A stretch of 63,998 nucleotides of DNA, counting the filler, from Stramenopiles sp. TOSAG23-3 (taxonomy: Eukaryota): NCBI GenBank assembly GCA_900128585.1. It is 3 parts of 3 records of this genome, joined end to end, with 100 filler letters (N's around TTAATTAATTAA, not from the genome) between each part and the next. Parts side by side here need not be neighbours in the genome. Positions count along the whole stretch, not along the records: positions 1 to 21,870 come from LT642348.1; 2 more parts are not named here. One strand, written 5' to 3'. The notes under the pieces were generated by a model that saw only the letters and a program-made list of their open reading frames with translations, was not told the origin of the DNA and did not search any database. A program made the translations under genes and the position numbers. This document shows, piece after piece, positions 1 through 11,898 of this stretch; position 1 is the stretch's first letter, and each line of letters begins with the position of its first letter.

Positions 1-58
1 GCGTATTTTAAATATGAATTACCAATGCGCACACGCATTTCTGGAGGCGCTCTTAGTT

Positions 59-1450
59 TCACCAATCGTACTTTATTTCGTCCTGTTCCCGCCACGGAGG
101 CTGGTGTATCACAAGGTAACTAATGGGGTCTTTGTTTGACAAATTATACAAGTACTGCTCAACGTTAGCCGGCACCAAGCAAGTGTCGTTGTCGTTAATC
201 GTATCACAACAGCCTCCACGAAATAATTGGGCGCTACCATTGATCATGAAATACATCTTTGTGGTTGTCCTCAGCATGTGACGATCGGTTCTAGCCCCAG
301 GAGCCAAGGTGCAATGGGTCAGACTGTAGTTGGTACCAACATTCAAAAATAACGGGGTCATTATGTGCCCTTGCTGAAATGAAAAGCTACTTTGCTGTTG
401 CAGCGATCGAACAGGACCACCAGCTTTTTCTAGGACTTCGACTTCACCTGGCAAGTGGCCCTTCCGCAATGTGCCCAGTTCATACTTTAAATTTCGTCGT
501 GCTCGGCGCTCCATGACACCTCGATTTTCCTCGCCTCCGAAGCTTTTGTCGGACAGGTACAGGGGTTTCGTGGACAGGATATCTTCCAGAAGTCCAGAGC
601 GCCGCTTCAAGTATTTCTGATGGGGCAAACGCTGGTACTCGATTCGCAGTTTATGAGCATACTCATAGTATTCTTTTCTGCTCTTTCCAATGTCAAATCG
701 TTTCCAATCTAAAAGTGCCCTGGCCCCTTCTGAGGCGTCTTGCAGGACAGTAAACGGTTTGCTCTGCAATATCAGCAACACCGCCCGCCGAGAAACTTGG
801 CGTGGTATATTAACTTCGTTGCAAAATCTTTTGAGCAGATCGGCACTTTTCTCCTCGCTTTGTCCACCCTCCGGATCTCGCACTGCATGCATGAACCAAA
901 TAACCAGCTCCGCCAAGTCCTTCTCTGTTATTTTTGGGGTCTGAAGCCCCCCCACAGTGGTGCTCGCCTTGTACAGCAACTTATTCGAAAAAATGTCACC
1001 ACCAAAGGCGTCAAACAAACTGTGCATTGTTGCCAACTGGGCCAAAGTTCCCCTGACGACCCGTTGTGAATCAGAATGAAGCTTGAGCAATAGGGCTATC
1101 CAATTTGTTTCTAAAGCGGCCGATGCTGCACTGGCAGCTTTCCAATCTGTCCCTTCAATTTCGCCGGACAAAACCAAGAGTTGCTCCTCCAGTTGAGTCA
1201 GTCTCCCGCCTTGGTAGGGAAGTATTCGTCCACAAAGAGCCCTCCAACGAGCGTCTAAGTCTTTCACTTGTACCCTTTTCATTTCCGGGGGCAAAATTTT
1301 TACCCTATTGTCAGCCAGCTGCTTTTGCCTAAGTTTCTCTTTCCCCGACAAAATCTTTAAACTTCCATCGAGGGTAAGCTCGCGCGAGCGTGGTTGTCTA
1401 CCGGCGAGAATATCTAGATTCCTGTCGAGGTCTTGCTTCGTTGCTGCCAT
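59..1450 (-). CDS. Degenerate HD-superfamily phosphohydrolase-like domain fused to a C-terminal cupin domain
   Basis: IWFMHAVRDP...EEKSADLL, EYYEYAHKLRIEY and ERRARRNLKYEL follow the COG4339-type HD pattern (WFHDAIYDP..NEE.SA; Y...IR.EY; E..AR.NL..E). The C-terminal LAPGARTDRH...MYFMINGSA...LVPANVEQYLYN is a cupin barrel. ATG at 1450. Confidence 0.7.
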   Translation of the reverse strand: MAATKQDLDRNLDILAGRQPRSRELTLDGSLKILSGKEKLRQKQLADNRVKILPPEMKRVQVKDLDARWRALCGRILPYQGGRLTQLEEQLLVLSGEIEGTDWKAASAASAALETNWIALLLKLHSDSQRVVRGTLAQLATMHSLFDAFGGDIFSNKLLYKASTTVGGLQTPKITEKDLAELVIWFMHAVRDPEGGQSEEKSADLLKRFCNEVNIPRQVSRRAVLLILQSKPFTVLQDASEGARALLDWKRFDIGKSRKEYYEYAHKLRIEYQRLPHQKYLKRRSGLLEDILSTKPLYLSDKSFGGEENRGVMERRARRNLKYELGTLRKGHLPGEVEVLEKAGGPVRSLQQQSSFSFQQGHIMTPLFLNVGTNYSLTHCTLAPGARTDRHMLRTTTKMYFMINGSAQLFRGGCCDTINDNDTCLVPANVEQYLYNLSNKDPISYLVIHQPPWREQDEIKYDW

Positions 1451-2561
1451 TTGCACTTCTGCCCAGCAAGTGAATTATTCTTACGTTTTAACAGAGATGG
1501 TATTTTTCCCAGCGGTAAAGAAGCGTGCCTTCAATCAAAAAGTGGATACAAAATTTATCTCATTTCTTCCTTCCACAAAAGAAAAACCAACGTGGACATC
1601 GAACCTCTGGAATTTATCATCAAATACAGCAAACTGCTAGCGCTGTGGTGGATTATGAGCAGCACAACATCATACGTACTACAAAACATCATCAATCAAC
1701 AAAACCAGGTTTTTTTTTACCCGTTACAACAACAACAAGAACACAACAATCGTCAAGAATTTTTTGATACAGTACGTGCATCCTGTTGCCTGTACGGTAC
1801 GGTACCTGGTAAAAAACAAACCAACGAAAACACCAACAGAACAGACAGAAAAGAACGCGTTATAATTAAATAGACACAGCATTGGAACATCTTGTTGTAA
1901 TATATAGACTATAAAATAATTCCTTAAAGAACGAGAGCAGAGGAACAAACTGAAAACCTGAAAAGTGCCACTGTGTCAATACTACTACTTTTATTAGTAT
2001 TTGCTTTTTTCATTATTGGTTGCCCTCTTCAACTTATATTTCTTCCACAGACCACCAGAAGCTGGGGAATCGATATACTATGGAGATATCTCTCCTTATT
2101 TAAGTATCATAAGTTAACTTATCATCATCGTCGATACAGCTGATGGTAATATTTTAAATTATTGTTATAATATATTTTTTTTAATACATTTTTATATAGG
2201 TACAATGATAATAATAGCTAGATTATATTAATATTAGTACCGGTATTTAGTAGTCTGTCTAAAAAAAATAATTTCTTCTTCTTCTTATTACTCGTAGTCT
2301 AGTCTACAGTATTATTATTATTTTTTTATTACATAATAATATTTTTTATTTTTTTATTAAAAAAAATGTTGCAACAAACAATCAAAATAATTATTTGTTG
2401 GTTAGGTTTTGATATTCCATCCCATAGCAGGTTGGAAAGATAGTGACTTACGCCTAGGAATAATTTTCTTTAGAAAAGGAATGAAAAGCGCAACCGTTTA
2501 TTGTCTGTGCTACCTTTTTTCTAGGGTTTACGGTTTTTGCAGCGACTAACAGTTCTGGAAG

Positions 2562-3542
2562 ATGAGGACACGAATAGCCCAATCGAAAAGTGGTATGAGA
2601 AGGAAGAAGAAGTCAGCCCCCCGGCCGCCAACTTCGCAGCTGACGACGGCGGAGTCGTTGTACTTGTTGAGACGGGACATGACGAATTTAGCAAATGCCG
2701 TTGAAGATCAGCAGATGAATATGATGAGCGTAATGGATAAATTGGGCCCGACGGGCAATGTCCCAAAATTTGTCCGGGCGTCTTTACAACCAGCCGACCC
2801 ATCCCCAGTCCGCCAGGTCGCCAAGAACGGGACCGGTGCAAATGGGAGAGCGATAGAGGAGATTCACGCCCAACTGGCGCTATTGACGGAGGATCAACGA
2901 AAAATTATTGGGAAATTTGCTGCGCATGAAAACAACCAAATCGGTTTGGCTGATATGAAAGATGACTGGGAGCGTATATCCCGGGAACAACGAATTCAAA
3001 CGGACCACCTCGGCCGCCTGTCCCAAGCTGTTATGGAGCTTAAGACCTCCAAGCGCTCGGACGCGCTAGCGGCGGCCGCACAAATTAGGGAACAAGCTGA
3101 AACTAGAATGTCCGAAATAACGGGAGAGCTGGACGTTGTTAGAGCAGAGCGTGCAAAAGAGAAAAAGCAAATGGACCTTAGACTGGCGGAAATGGAGTCC
3201 AAATTCACAAGCTTTATTGGCCATATGAAAAAGGAGTGGAAGCATGACCTAGACCAACTGCAGGCGCAGATGAATTCTTCCTTGGTGAACATACAGAAAG
3301 AATTGGACCAAACCACGCGGGTTGTCCGGGAAGAGCTGGAAGGAACTAGCTTTGAGCTGGGACCGGGACCGTTACCACGCACGTCACCCAAAAGAGTTTC
3401 TCCAAGGTTCATATCCCCCTCCCGTCGGGTAGATTCCCCCCTCCGGGATGCATCGGATCGTACGTTGGCATTAGATGAAGAGCTGCGAATTCTTGAAGAA
3501 AAAATCAAATCGGCTCAATCGTCCATGATGAAGGGTTTTTAG
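2562..3542 (+). CDS. Coiled-coil protein of unknown function
   Basis: 326-aa ORF in a GC-richer block with AT-rich flanks; heptad-rich E/Q/K/L composition. Confidence 0.7.
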   Translation: MRTRIAQSKSGMRRKKKSAPRPPTSQLTTAESLYLLRRDMTNLANAVEDQQMNMMSVMDKLGPTGNVPKFVRASLQPADPSPVRQVAKNGTGANGRAIEEIHAQLALLTEDQRKIIGKFAAHENNQIGLADMKDDWERISREQRIQTDHLGRLSQAVMELKTSKRSDALAAAAQIREQAETRMSEITGELDVVRAERAKEKKQMDLRLAEMESKFTSFIGHMKKEWKHDLDQLQAQMNSSLVNIQKELDQTTRVVREELEGTSFELGPGPLPRTSPKRVSPRFISPSRRVDSPLRDASDRTLALDEELRILEEKIKSAQSSMMKGF

Positions 3543-3700
3543 CTGTCCTTCCCAGTGGTGCGGTAAATAAAAAAACCAAAAATGCGCAATACGTTTCCGC
3601 TAAAATGAAAAATATAGACAAAGAGAGTCAGTAAAAAGTTTGTGGCCCAAAAAATGCATGTGCATGTAAATTTAGATTTACAGTTTTTATTTTAAGAATA

Positions 3701-3796
3701 AAAACAAGAAAATTGGCGTTATTTAAGTAAATTTTAAAACAAGAAAATTGGCTGTTATTTAAAGTAATTAAATTTAGCGTCCTCATACCCTAATCC
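3701..3796 (+). repeat. Dispersed repeat family A (partial copy 3701-3730 followed by a longer copy 3736-3796)
   Basis: aaaacaagaaaattggctgttatttaaagtaattaaatttagcgtcctcataccctaatcc matches 14690-14766 and the reverse complement of 31326-31402. Confidence 0.85.
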
Positions 3797-3895
3797 GAAG
3801 TAAATTAAAATCAAATGTACACTGCGAACTGAAAAATCTAATAGAATAAATGAAATCGGTACGTAAAAGGTCCATCACTGCTCTTGGCCGTTTTA

Positions 3896-6700
3896 CTACC
3901 CAGCCCTGTCATACAAATCTCTTATGTATGTAACCAGGTCCTTGATGTCTTCCATGCCTTCATACTTCTTCAGCACCCCCAACAGCCCAAAGCCGAATGT
4001 GTCCCCGTTCGCGTCATACGGTTCACTGCATATTTTTCTTATCGCGGAGTCATAGCTCAGGACAAATAGGCACTCGAGGATAACACTAATTAACGGCGCG
4101 TCGTTGGTGCCAGTCGAGCCCGAGCCTTCTGCTCCGCACAATATATTTCGCAGAGTACTCAGCAAGGGCTTCATCGCCCTTTTGTTATCGGCATGGCGGA
4201 CCGAAATGTTCTTCAAGCAATTTACAACATAAAAGTACAAGCTCTCTTTTTTGCTCTCCTCGGTCAATGAATCTATTGGGGCGTCAGGCCGCAAAAGGTT
4301 GTGCAAAAGCGTCATTATTTTCGGAGCCGCGGGTGGGGGGCGCGACAAATGCTCTGAAATTTCATTTCGAATCCTTGCGTCGATGGCTAGGTAGCCCAGC
4401 ACAGCAGAGGATTGTATGAGTATCGGGAGGGGCCGATGGAAAGGGGGCACTTCGCTTCTCTCCAACAAATGCATCAAACGTGGAATTATACCGAACTGGG
4501 AAATGGTTTGCCGGTATTGTTCTGAGTGTTTTGTGCAGCCTGCGAGCAACTTGCACGAATGCCAGACCAGATCTTCATTCGCCGAACCAAGAAACGTGAC
4601 CACTTTCCGTATTCCCCCGCCCGCCATGACTACATTTTTCATCGCGGGGTGATTGTTGGTGTAATTGACCAATGATACCACGGCAAGAACTTTAATGTTG
4701 TCATCTTGGCTGTAAAGCAAATTGATCAGTACGGGCACTATCATGTTCATCGAAACGTCGTCTGCGGCAACAAATACGCGCTCGTCACTTAACCGATTAG
4801 CCAAATCGTTCATACTCATGGTAACGAATTGTTTGCAGACGGCGTATTTCAGTTTGTGATTTTCGTTGTTCGATTCTCGCTTGATTAAACGAACCAAAAA
4901 TCGTGGGTACTCGGAAACATCACTTCGACCGCCAATGACTCTCTTCAAGTAGTCAGTCTCCAAAAGACGAACCATCATGCGCTCGTTGAACGTGAAAGAT
5001 GCCATAATTTTTGGGTCTTGCAATTTCATTACCAAAGGCGTGTGGCGGTACGGTTGATTGGTCGCGCGCAAGTACAGCATAGTTTCCAGGATGTGGGCGA
5101 TGCGCTCACTCTCCCGTGTACCCCCCGTCATCATTTGGTGATCGTATACCAGCGAGTCGACCCTCAGCAGGTGGGGGGCAAGGCCGCCGTCAACGCAGTA
5201 CGCAATGTACTGCCATACCCGTGCTTTCCAATTCAAAAGCAGCTGCACTGGCGCGTTGTCGGCGAGGCCTTCCGATTCTTTTTCCAGCCTGGAGGCAAAC
5301 TCAAACGGATCGTCTTGCTTCTTGTCCACTTTCACATCTGGGAAAACACTACTGGTGTCCATGCTCCCGTCCCCTAAATTGACCCGATCCAGTAATCGCA
5401 AAATACTTTTGCAAAACTGTTTGCATCGCCGAACCGCCGACGGAAAGATTGCCAGGCGTGCTTGATACCATGCGTATGCATCGTCGTCATACAAAAGCGC
5501 ATTTGCCTTCATCTGGATGACTAAGCGATCCGGCTCGTAGGCCCGGGAACGAGGACTGAGCGTGTCGATGATGCTCTCTGGATGAGACATGAACTTTGTC
5601 CCCTCCGCAGACCCCTGGTCCAGCTTCTTTCCGTAGTACAGAAGCACAAACGTCTGTGCCGTGTCCATGACGGGAGGGATGTATTTTCTCCTTGCAACAA
5701 GGATTGCACAATCTCTATTTCCATACAACCGATTGGATGGACCCGGGGCCGCGTCCAGTCCCCGAATGTGGATGGAAAATGCTTCCCAAGAGGCAGGATC
5801 CCCTGTTAAATTCTGAGTTTTGAAATATTCCCCCGGGGTCCCAATAATCCGGTAATCGACTACTCTACTGCCGACTTCATTCTGCAGCACGTGCTCTGCA
5901 ATCTGTTTGCACGTCACGGCTGACGCCTCGGCCAACGTCGTCGTGTCGCTCATTCGCAAGAAAAAGAAACTCCTCTGCTGCATGTGCATTTTGAATTTCC
6001 CTGCCTTGTCCGATTTCGACCCTTTGTTAGTCCTACTCTTTGGCATACTCACAAACAGCCCGGAGTCCTTTTTCCCGGAAGAGTCGACTTTTGGGGTGAA
6101 CGCGGATAGGGCAAAAAAGAGGTAGTCCCGAAGTTCATGCTTTGAGTATCCCATGGGAGCGTAGGTAAACTCTGCGGATGCGCCCTGCTGATCTCCCAAC
6201 CAGGTGTCTGGCAAGGCTTTCTCTAATGACCTTGGGAGCAAGGCTTCTTTCGTTTCAATTTTTGGGAAGTCTACTACGTTCCAGTGCTGGAACATATGGT
6301 CCGTTTTCCAACATATTTCTAAATACCCCAAGAGTTTCTTGCGCGCCGTCGAGTGGCAAAGAAGCTCCAAAGGACATTTGCACTCCGGGGGCAAGGAAGA
6401 AAACCGCACTCGGAACAGCTCCGAGTCTCGATTCTCTGGGTTGAATTCCACGGTCTTTATACAAGCGTATGGGACTGCAACAAGCGTTCCTCCAAACTCT
6501 TCTTTTCCCACCATATTCCTGTCTAAAATGTGAATGCTATGCTTGCCAAGGCAAAGATAATAAAAATTAAGAAGTTCTTCCTTTTTGTCCTCATTGTCTT
6601 CGAATTCATCGATACGAATGTTACAGTTAATCAGAGAGAAATAACGCAGCTCTGAGCCAACCACAACGCTGAGTGCCCTTTTCACACTTTCCTCCGACAT
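3896..6700 (-). CDS. Armadillo-repeat protein, possibly with a PH-like N-terminal region
   Basis: 934-aa ORF. ARM-type repeats in the C-terminal third (IVPVLINLLYSQDDNIKVLAVVSLVNYT, GGIRKVVTFLGS, GIIPRLMHLL). Confidence 0.75.
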   Translation of the reverse strand: MSEESVKRALSVVVGSELRYFSLINCNIRIDEFEDNEDKKEELLNFYYLCLGKHSIHILDRNMVGKEEFGGTLVAVPYACIKTVEFNPENRDSELFRVRFSSLPPECKCPLELLCHSTARKKLLGYLEICWKTDHMFQHWNVVDFPKIETKEALLPRSLEKALPDTWLGDQQGASAEFTYAPMGYSKHELRDYLFFALSAFTPKVDSSGKKDSGLFVSMPKSRTNKGSKSDKAGKFKMHMQQRSFFFLRMSDTTTLAEASAVTCKQIAEHVLQNEVGSRVVDYRIIGTPGEYFKTQNLTGDPASWEAFSIHIRGLDAAPGPSNRLYGNRDCAILVARRKYIPPVMDTAQTFVLLYYGKKLDQGSAEGTKFMSHPESIIDTLSPRSRAYEPDRLVIQMKANALLYDDDAYAWYQARLAIFPSAVRRCKQFCKSILRLLDRVNLGDGSMDTSSVFPDVKVDKKQDDPFEFASRLEKESEGLADNAPVQLLLNWKARVWQYIAYCVDGGLAPHLLRVDSLVYDHQMMTGGTRESERIAHILETMLYLRATNQPYRHTPLVMKLQDPKIMASFTFNERMMVRLLETDYLKRVIGGRSDVSEYPRFLVRLIKRESNNENHKLKYAVCKQFVTMSMNDLANRLSDERVFVAADDVSMNMIVPVLINLLYSQDDNIKVLAVVSLVNYTNNHPAMKNVVMAGGGIRKVVTFLGSANEDLVWHSCKLLAGCTKHSEQYRQTISQFGIIPRLMHLLERSEVPPFHRPLPILIQSSAVLGYLAIDARIRNEISEHLSRPPPAAPKIMTLLHNLLRPDAPIDSLTEESKKESLYFYVVNCLKNISVRHADNKRAMKPLLSTLRNILCGAEGSGSTGTNDAPLISVILECLFVLSYDSAIRKICSEPYDANGDTFGFGLLGVLKKYEGMEDIKDLVTYIRDLYDRAG

Positions 6701-7935
6701 GTTGCACCTTCCGTTTCGACTTCGTTCAACCGCACAAAACGACGGTTCCTAAACTATAGCTTGGCGGAAAAAAACCCGGCTGTACTAGATCCTTTACTTT
6801 ACACGGTAAGATTTTTATGATGATGCCGAACTTGTCGAAGAAAATCTTGAAATTTTACAAGGTGAGACTCTGGTGCAAGCGTTGTGTTTTCTTTTTAGTT
6901 TGTTATTGTTATTCGTTTTTGCTCTGTGTTGGATGTTGATAATAAAATATATTTTTTTTTTGGTTGTTGTTGTGTTTTTTTTTTTATTATCCGGTATAAT
7001 AGGTACGTACTGTAGTAAAATAGAATTTAAAGAAGAAGAAGGGAGGAGGAGGAAGAAACAAACCAACAACAAAATAGAAAAGGCAGACCCTCCTCTTCTC
7101 TTTTATTGCTTATACTGTATACTCGTAGAATACTAACTAGACTATTAATACCATACCGTATTAGGTCGACTGCAACATTTATTCTCGCCCCCAATTAATT
7201 ACCTCGTATACGAGGAGTGGCTATTACACTATTGTAGCAACCCTGTAATACAAAGGCTTTATTAATTTAATAAAATGTCGAAAGCAAGAGGTCATGCTAT
7301 TCTTTCTTTAAATTGTTATTACGTAATTTTTGGATAATTTCCAAATCCCTATCAAATACGTGCTGCATCTATATTAAAAACAATAAAGATACTAACTATT
7401 GAATTTAACTATACATCCCATTAAAACCAACTGAAACTGGCAGAGGCCACAATTTTCTGAAGCCCTATTCCGAACACTTCATCAAATAAATGTGCGAAAG
7501 TTGGTCTTCAATACTTGCAACAATGTTAAGGTCTTCAATTTGGTATTTTTTATGATTTCATCACCTTCATATATTTAATATCATAAATCAGAAGAGAAGT
7601 GATAGACTATCATCATAGTTCATAGTATTCTTATAACTATATAATTCCTTAATTGAGGATGCGGTTTTGTTAGTGAAAAAAAGAAAAGAAGAGGAGAAGA
7701 AGGAAGAAGAAGAAGAGAGCGAGAATGGAAGAAAAAAAAGTGTGCCCTTTCTGGTTGGTCTCAATTGGTTCAATTAGTGAAATGGTGATGAGTGAGAAGG
7801 AAGTAAAACGGAAATTAAATTGACCAAAATCACGGTTTGTAAAACACCATAACTTAATTTATATAGAAATACCTGGTACGTGTACATCGTACCTCTTCCT
7901 TCCTCCGTTGAACCTCTTCTGAAAGCGTGACAGCA

Positions 7936-9306
7936 ATGAACCTTGCAGATAATCTTCCGCCCGTTGAAAACATGGGGCTTATCAAGCAGCTGGCACACAA
8001 CGATAAGCCGGTTCGTGATAAGGCCATGAATGCTTTGAGTAATTTCTTAAGGGCAAAATGTTCCGATGATTACGATGAAGATGAAGAGCTGATGCTGGAC
8101 TGCTTAAAATTGTGGAAAGGTCTTTTCTATGGAATGTGGATGTCCGACAAGCTTCCCGTCCAGCTTGAACTAGCCCAGGCTATGGCGGAGCTGGTGCACT
8201 TGTTCCCGGAGCACAGGCTGTTCTTGGCGTGGACAAAAGCTTTTTTTCAAACCATACAACGAGAGTGGTACCGTATAGACAAATACCGGCTCGATAAGTA
8301 TTACTCGCTGGTCCGGAAAAACCTTCATGAAATGTTCGTTTATCTCGACAACACGCATTGGGAGCGGGAATTGGTGCAAGACTTTCTGTCAACTCTTGAG
8401 GAGGAGGCCATAACGCAAAGGAAATCGACAGGCCTGCGCTATCATATGGCGCAAATTTACTTGGAGGAATTTGCAAAATCAAGCGGTAAATCTGTTGCAC
8501 CCGAGGCGTTTCAGTCTGTAATGGGGCCGTTCTATAACCGCATAGCGAATAGCACTGATGAGGTATACCTTCGACGAATACAGGAAGGAATATTTGATAG
8601 AATGACGAATTGTGAAATATTCTTTAAGGAGACACCGGGCTCGTTTGACGAGGAGTCTGGTGGCGATTTGCAGTTTGCTGAAGTTTCGCTGGCAGTAATC
8701 GCCGACTTTGTATGGGGTATTGCATCAACTCCTGGGTCTTGCCGAGATCGCAACCGAAAAGACCTTTACGACTTGCACAAGCGCTTGAAGAAAACGATGA
8801 AATTTTGCGGCCGGTCCTACCAAGTGACGATGCAAGTGCAAACGACCGACCCGGAAGAGTCCAAGCGTTGGGAGAAGCATGGCACTAAAGTCCTGGGAGC
8901 GAAGGCAGTCGTCGAAAGCTCAGATGACGGTGCAAGTGGAAAGCGAAAGCGATCATCGAAGAAATCGGCGACAGCGACCGAGGGTCCTGGGCATGATGAC
9001 GACGAAATAGGTTTGGGCGGGGAGGATAGCAAAGCGGAGGAGGAGGGAACGGTAAAGAAAAAGAGAAAGAAGAAGAAAAAGAAGAAAGTACAGCTGCTGT
9101 CAGAGGTAGCCCCACGAAAATCTTCAGAAGATGGGCAGGAAAAACCCTCTCGCCGAGTTGGGCGCTCCCCCCGCCGTGTCGTGTTTGCGAAAAAGAATTT
9201 GTCGAAAGGGTACAAAGCATCGATTCGCGATTTGAGGGACAAGCGACGCCTTCGAGGGTCTAGTGCAGAACGGCCGTCAAAGCGGGGTTCTGGAATCTTA
9301 AAGTAA
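7936..9306 (+). CDS. RRP1: Ribosomal RNA processing protein 1 (Nop52/RRP1 family)
   Basis: LAHNDKPVRDKA, KLWKGLFYGMWMSDKLPVQLELA and REWYRIDKYRLDKYYSLVR are Nop52 signatures; basic nucleolar-type tail. ATG at 7936. Confidence 0.93.
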   Translation: MNLADNLPPVENMGLIKQLAHNDKPVRDKAMNALSNFLRAKCSDDYDEDEELMLDCLKLWKGLFYGMWMSDKLPVQLELAQAMAELVHLFPEHRLFLAWTKAFFQTIQREWYRIDKYRLDKYYSLVRKNLHEMFVYLDNTHWERELVQDFLSTLEEEAITQRKSTGLRYHMAQIYLEEFAKSSGKSVAPEAFQSVMGPFYNRIANSTDEVYLRRIQEGIFDRMTNCEIFFKETPGSFDEESGGDLQFAEVSLAVIADFVWGIASTPGSCRDRNRKDLYDLHKRLKKTMKFCGRSYQVTMQVQTTDPEESKRWEKHGTKVLGAKAVVESSDDGASGKRKRSSKKSATATEGPGHDDDEIGLGGEDSKAEEEGTVKKKRKKKKKKKVQLLSEVAPRKSSEDGQEKPSRRVGRSPRRVVFAKKNLSKGYKASIRDLRDKRRLRGSSAERPSKRGSGILK

Positions 9307-9624
9307 ATGCTATCTTACACCAGCCTGCTGCTGAGGACGCACGAAGTTTCGAAAGTGTGATTTTATAAATGGCCGGTGTAAATATAAGAATGAAACGAGA
9401 CTCTTCAGGTGGACTAGATTGGAACGTCCAGATAAAATGTATTTCTTGAAATTTGTCACAATGTACAACATAGTTTTCGTGTGCACGCGACTAGTCGTGT
9501 GGCACAGTAAGTACCTAAAAATCTCTTAATATTTTTATTTTGTATGTTACCCTCGTATCTTCAGAAAATTATTTTTACGAGAGTGTTTCAACGTGTTTGT
9601 TTACACCTTGTCCAGATCGCGCAG

Positions 9625-10013
9625 TCACCCCGAGAGTTCTGCCACGTTCGGTGCATAAGCTTCAAGCTCCATACCACGTTTGATTTGGCAACAAGCAAGA
9701 CTCGCGGCTACAATTCCGAGTGCACGTTTGCCTTCACATTCCTGTAAGACGTATTTGGTTGGGGTAGAAAAAAATGGAAGAATATAACGAAAAAGGCGCA
9801 TACGAAGCAAAAAATTGACAACACACAAGGGTCAGGCGGATGGTAAAGCTCTTTGAACCTCAGATTCTTGTTTTTTCTCAGTGCTCGTACCTTCTTCCCG
9901 ATATTCCCCATCTTTTGTGGATTTACCCCTCCAAACTTTTTCATTTTCTTTCTCCGAGACTCAATGTTGACTATCTCCTCTAACCTTTCGGCCGAAACCT
10001 CTGGAACAGGCAT
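9625..10013 (-). CDS. Small basic protein (~108 aa), probably two exons: 10013-9804 and 9741-9625
   Basis: A 62-nt GTATGC...TTACAG pyrimidine-rich intron (9803-9742) joins the 10013 ORF in phase 0 to the ECEGKRALG...AELSG* frame. No family recognised. Confidence 0.5.
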
Positions 10014-10310
10014 GGTGTCAAACTCAATTCAAACTGATACGCAATGTGCACAAGGCGTTTTCCCTCGTAAACCAACGAACGTTCTCGTTCGAAAAAAATG
10101 AAAAATGAAACAACCTAAGAACTTGCTGATTAATTATGCAAACACATACATATACAAATATGATTATTCTTTTGTCTTTCTCCTTCTTCTTCCTCTTTCA
10201 ATTTTTTTCTTGAATCCGTTTTACTAAATAAAAATCAAGTTTATCAATAGTCGTCTATAAAATAATAAAATAATAATATAATAGGACTAATAAAAACAAA
10301 AACAAAAAAA

Positions 10311-10405
10311 AAGAAGAAGAAAGAAGAAGAAAGAAGAAGAAAGAAGAAGAAGAAGGAGAAGAAGAAAAGAAGAAGAAAGAAGAAGAATGAAGAAGAAAGA
10401 AGAGG
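10311..10405. repeat. (GAA)n-rich simple repeat
   Basis: aagaagaagaaagaagaag tract seen directly. Confidence 0.85.
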
Positions 10406-11604
10406 AGGCCAATAAAAATTAGATGACTCCTCGTAGTGTGCAGTGTACAATGTAATAAAAAAAATGAATATACTCCTCTGCTGGTGATAATTTTATAATA
10501 ATTATTACTGTGTTATCCAGCACCATCCATACAACATAGACTAATAATATCAGCGTTTTTTATTTTTTATTCTGAAAAAAAAAGAAGAGATTCAAAAACA
10601 ATTGTGTTGTTCTTGTTGTCTCTATATTATAGTCTCTTTCTAAAAAATTTTATAGTCTCTATTAATTATACGAGTGTATTTATTATACATACTGTGTAGT
10701 AGTATTATTGGTATTATTATTATTAAATATTTTACTTCCTGGAATTATATTTTAAAAAATAAAAATACAACTATGGATGGAATGTGGAAGAAGAAAAGGT
10801 GGTAAGGGATAGCAGGTATTCTACACAGTGTTGTATGTATAATAATTGATAAACAATATTATAGGTAAACTTCGTAGTCTACAATTTAAATGATGTTAGC
10901 TTTATAATAGACTATGTAAGATTAGATTTTTATTTATTATTATAATTAATAATAATAAATAAAGAGTCTAAATAATAAATGCTGATTTTCTTCCTTTTCT
11001 TCTTTTTTCTTCTCTTCTTTTTTTGTTGTGCTTTGGATCTTTTTTGGATTCTAGGATTCTTTTTCCTTCTATTTCTTTCTATTTCCTGCCTGATGAACGA
11101 ATGAACGAAAGGATTCCCTTCCCCTCGTACCGTACTTGTATTTACCGTATTATTAGGTACTTCATATTTACCTTGTATTACGACGAAGAGCAACCACAGT
11201 ACGGTAATTATTTCGGAAGAACTTGCTTGCAGTAGTTTTACAAAATAGATCCTCCTACAATAATATCATCTCATATAATACCTCCTCGTCGTGTTTTTAT
11301 ATTATTAGTTACACAGGTAATAGCAACACCATCAAAGGCAAAAAAAATTATTCTTTTTTTTATTTATCATCATTGTCCATTATTATTATTATAGTTTGTT
11401 TGATAATTTGAAGTATTCATCTTTTTGGGGATACTTGTGGAATAGTAACAACACGCGTCGCAAAAAGTCTAGCTGGTGGACTATTTTACAGAGACCTTTA
11501 ACATGTCGCGCAGTTTTTTTGAATGCAAATTATAGCCCAGAAACGAGATCGTAAATATTGTAAAGGCAGGCTATCCTCACGAGGCCTCGTTCTGGAGGTA
11601 TTCA

Positions 11605-11898
11605 ATGAGTTCTCCTGCACGCGACGGCAAGGTCGTGTCGAAAGACGGCAGCCGGGCTGAGGATCACCATGAAATGATAGATTCGCTTTCAGCTGAAGAC
11701 CTTCAGAAATTCATTAGCAACGAGATATTTGGCTTAGAAATGCAAGTGTCCAGTTCAATAGCGCAGCTCATTGTAGAAAGTAGAAAATGTGGAAACTTGT
11801 CCGGGATTTACATGGATATATCGAACCTGACGTATAAACCGGGGGGCGTAGAAATTACAAGCCAAGGAGCCGCGCGCGATAGAACGAGCAGTCCGTAG
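11605..11898 (+). CDS. Small hypothetical protein (97 aa)
   Basis: ATG-initiated ORF with normal composition in a GC-richer island; no motif recognised. Confidence 0.4.
   Translation: MSSPARDGKVVSKDGSRAEDHHEMIDSLSAEDLQKFISNEIFGLEMQVSSSIAQLIVESRKCGNLSGIYMDISNLTYKPGGVEITSQGAARDRTSSP

Noticed and set aside
6815-7773. Short hydrophobic ORFs in AT-rich spacers (also near 10244, 10930, 35213, 52209, 61902)
   Set aside because: Products of poly-T and (TTC)n tracts; no coding signal.
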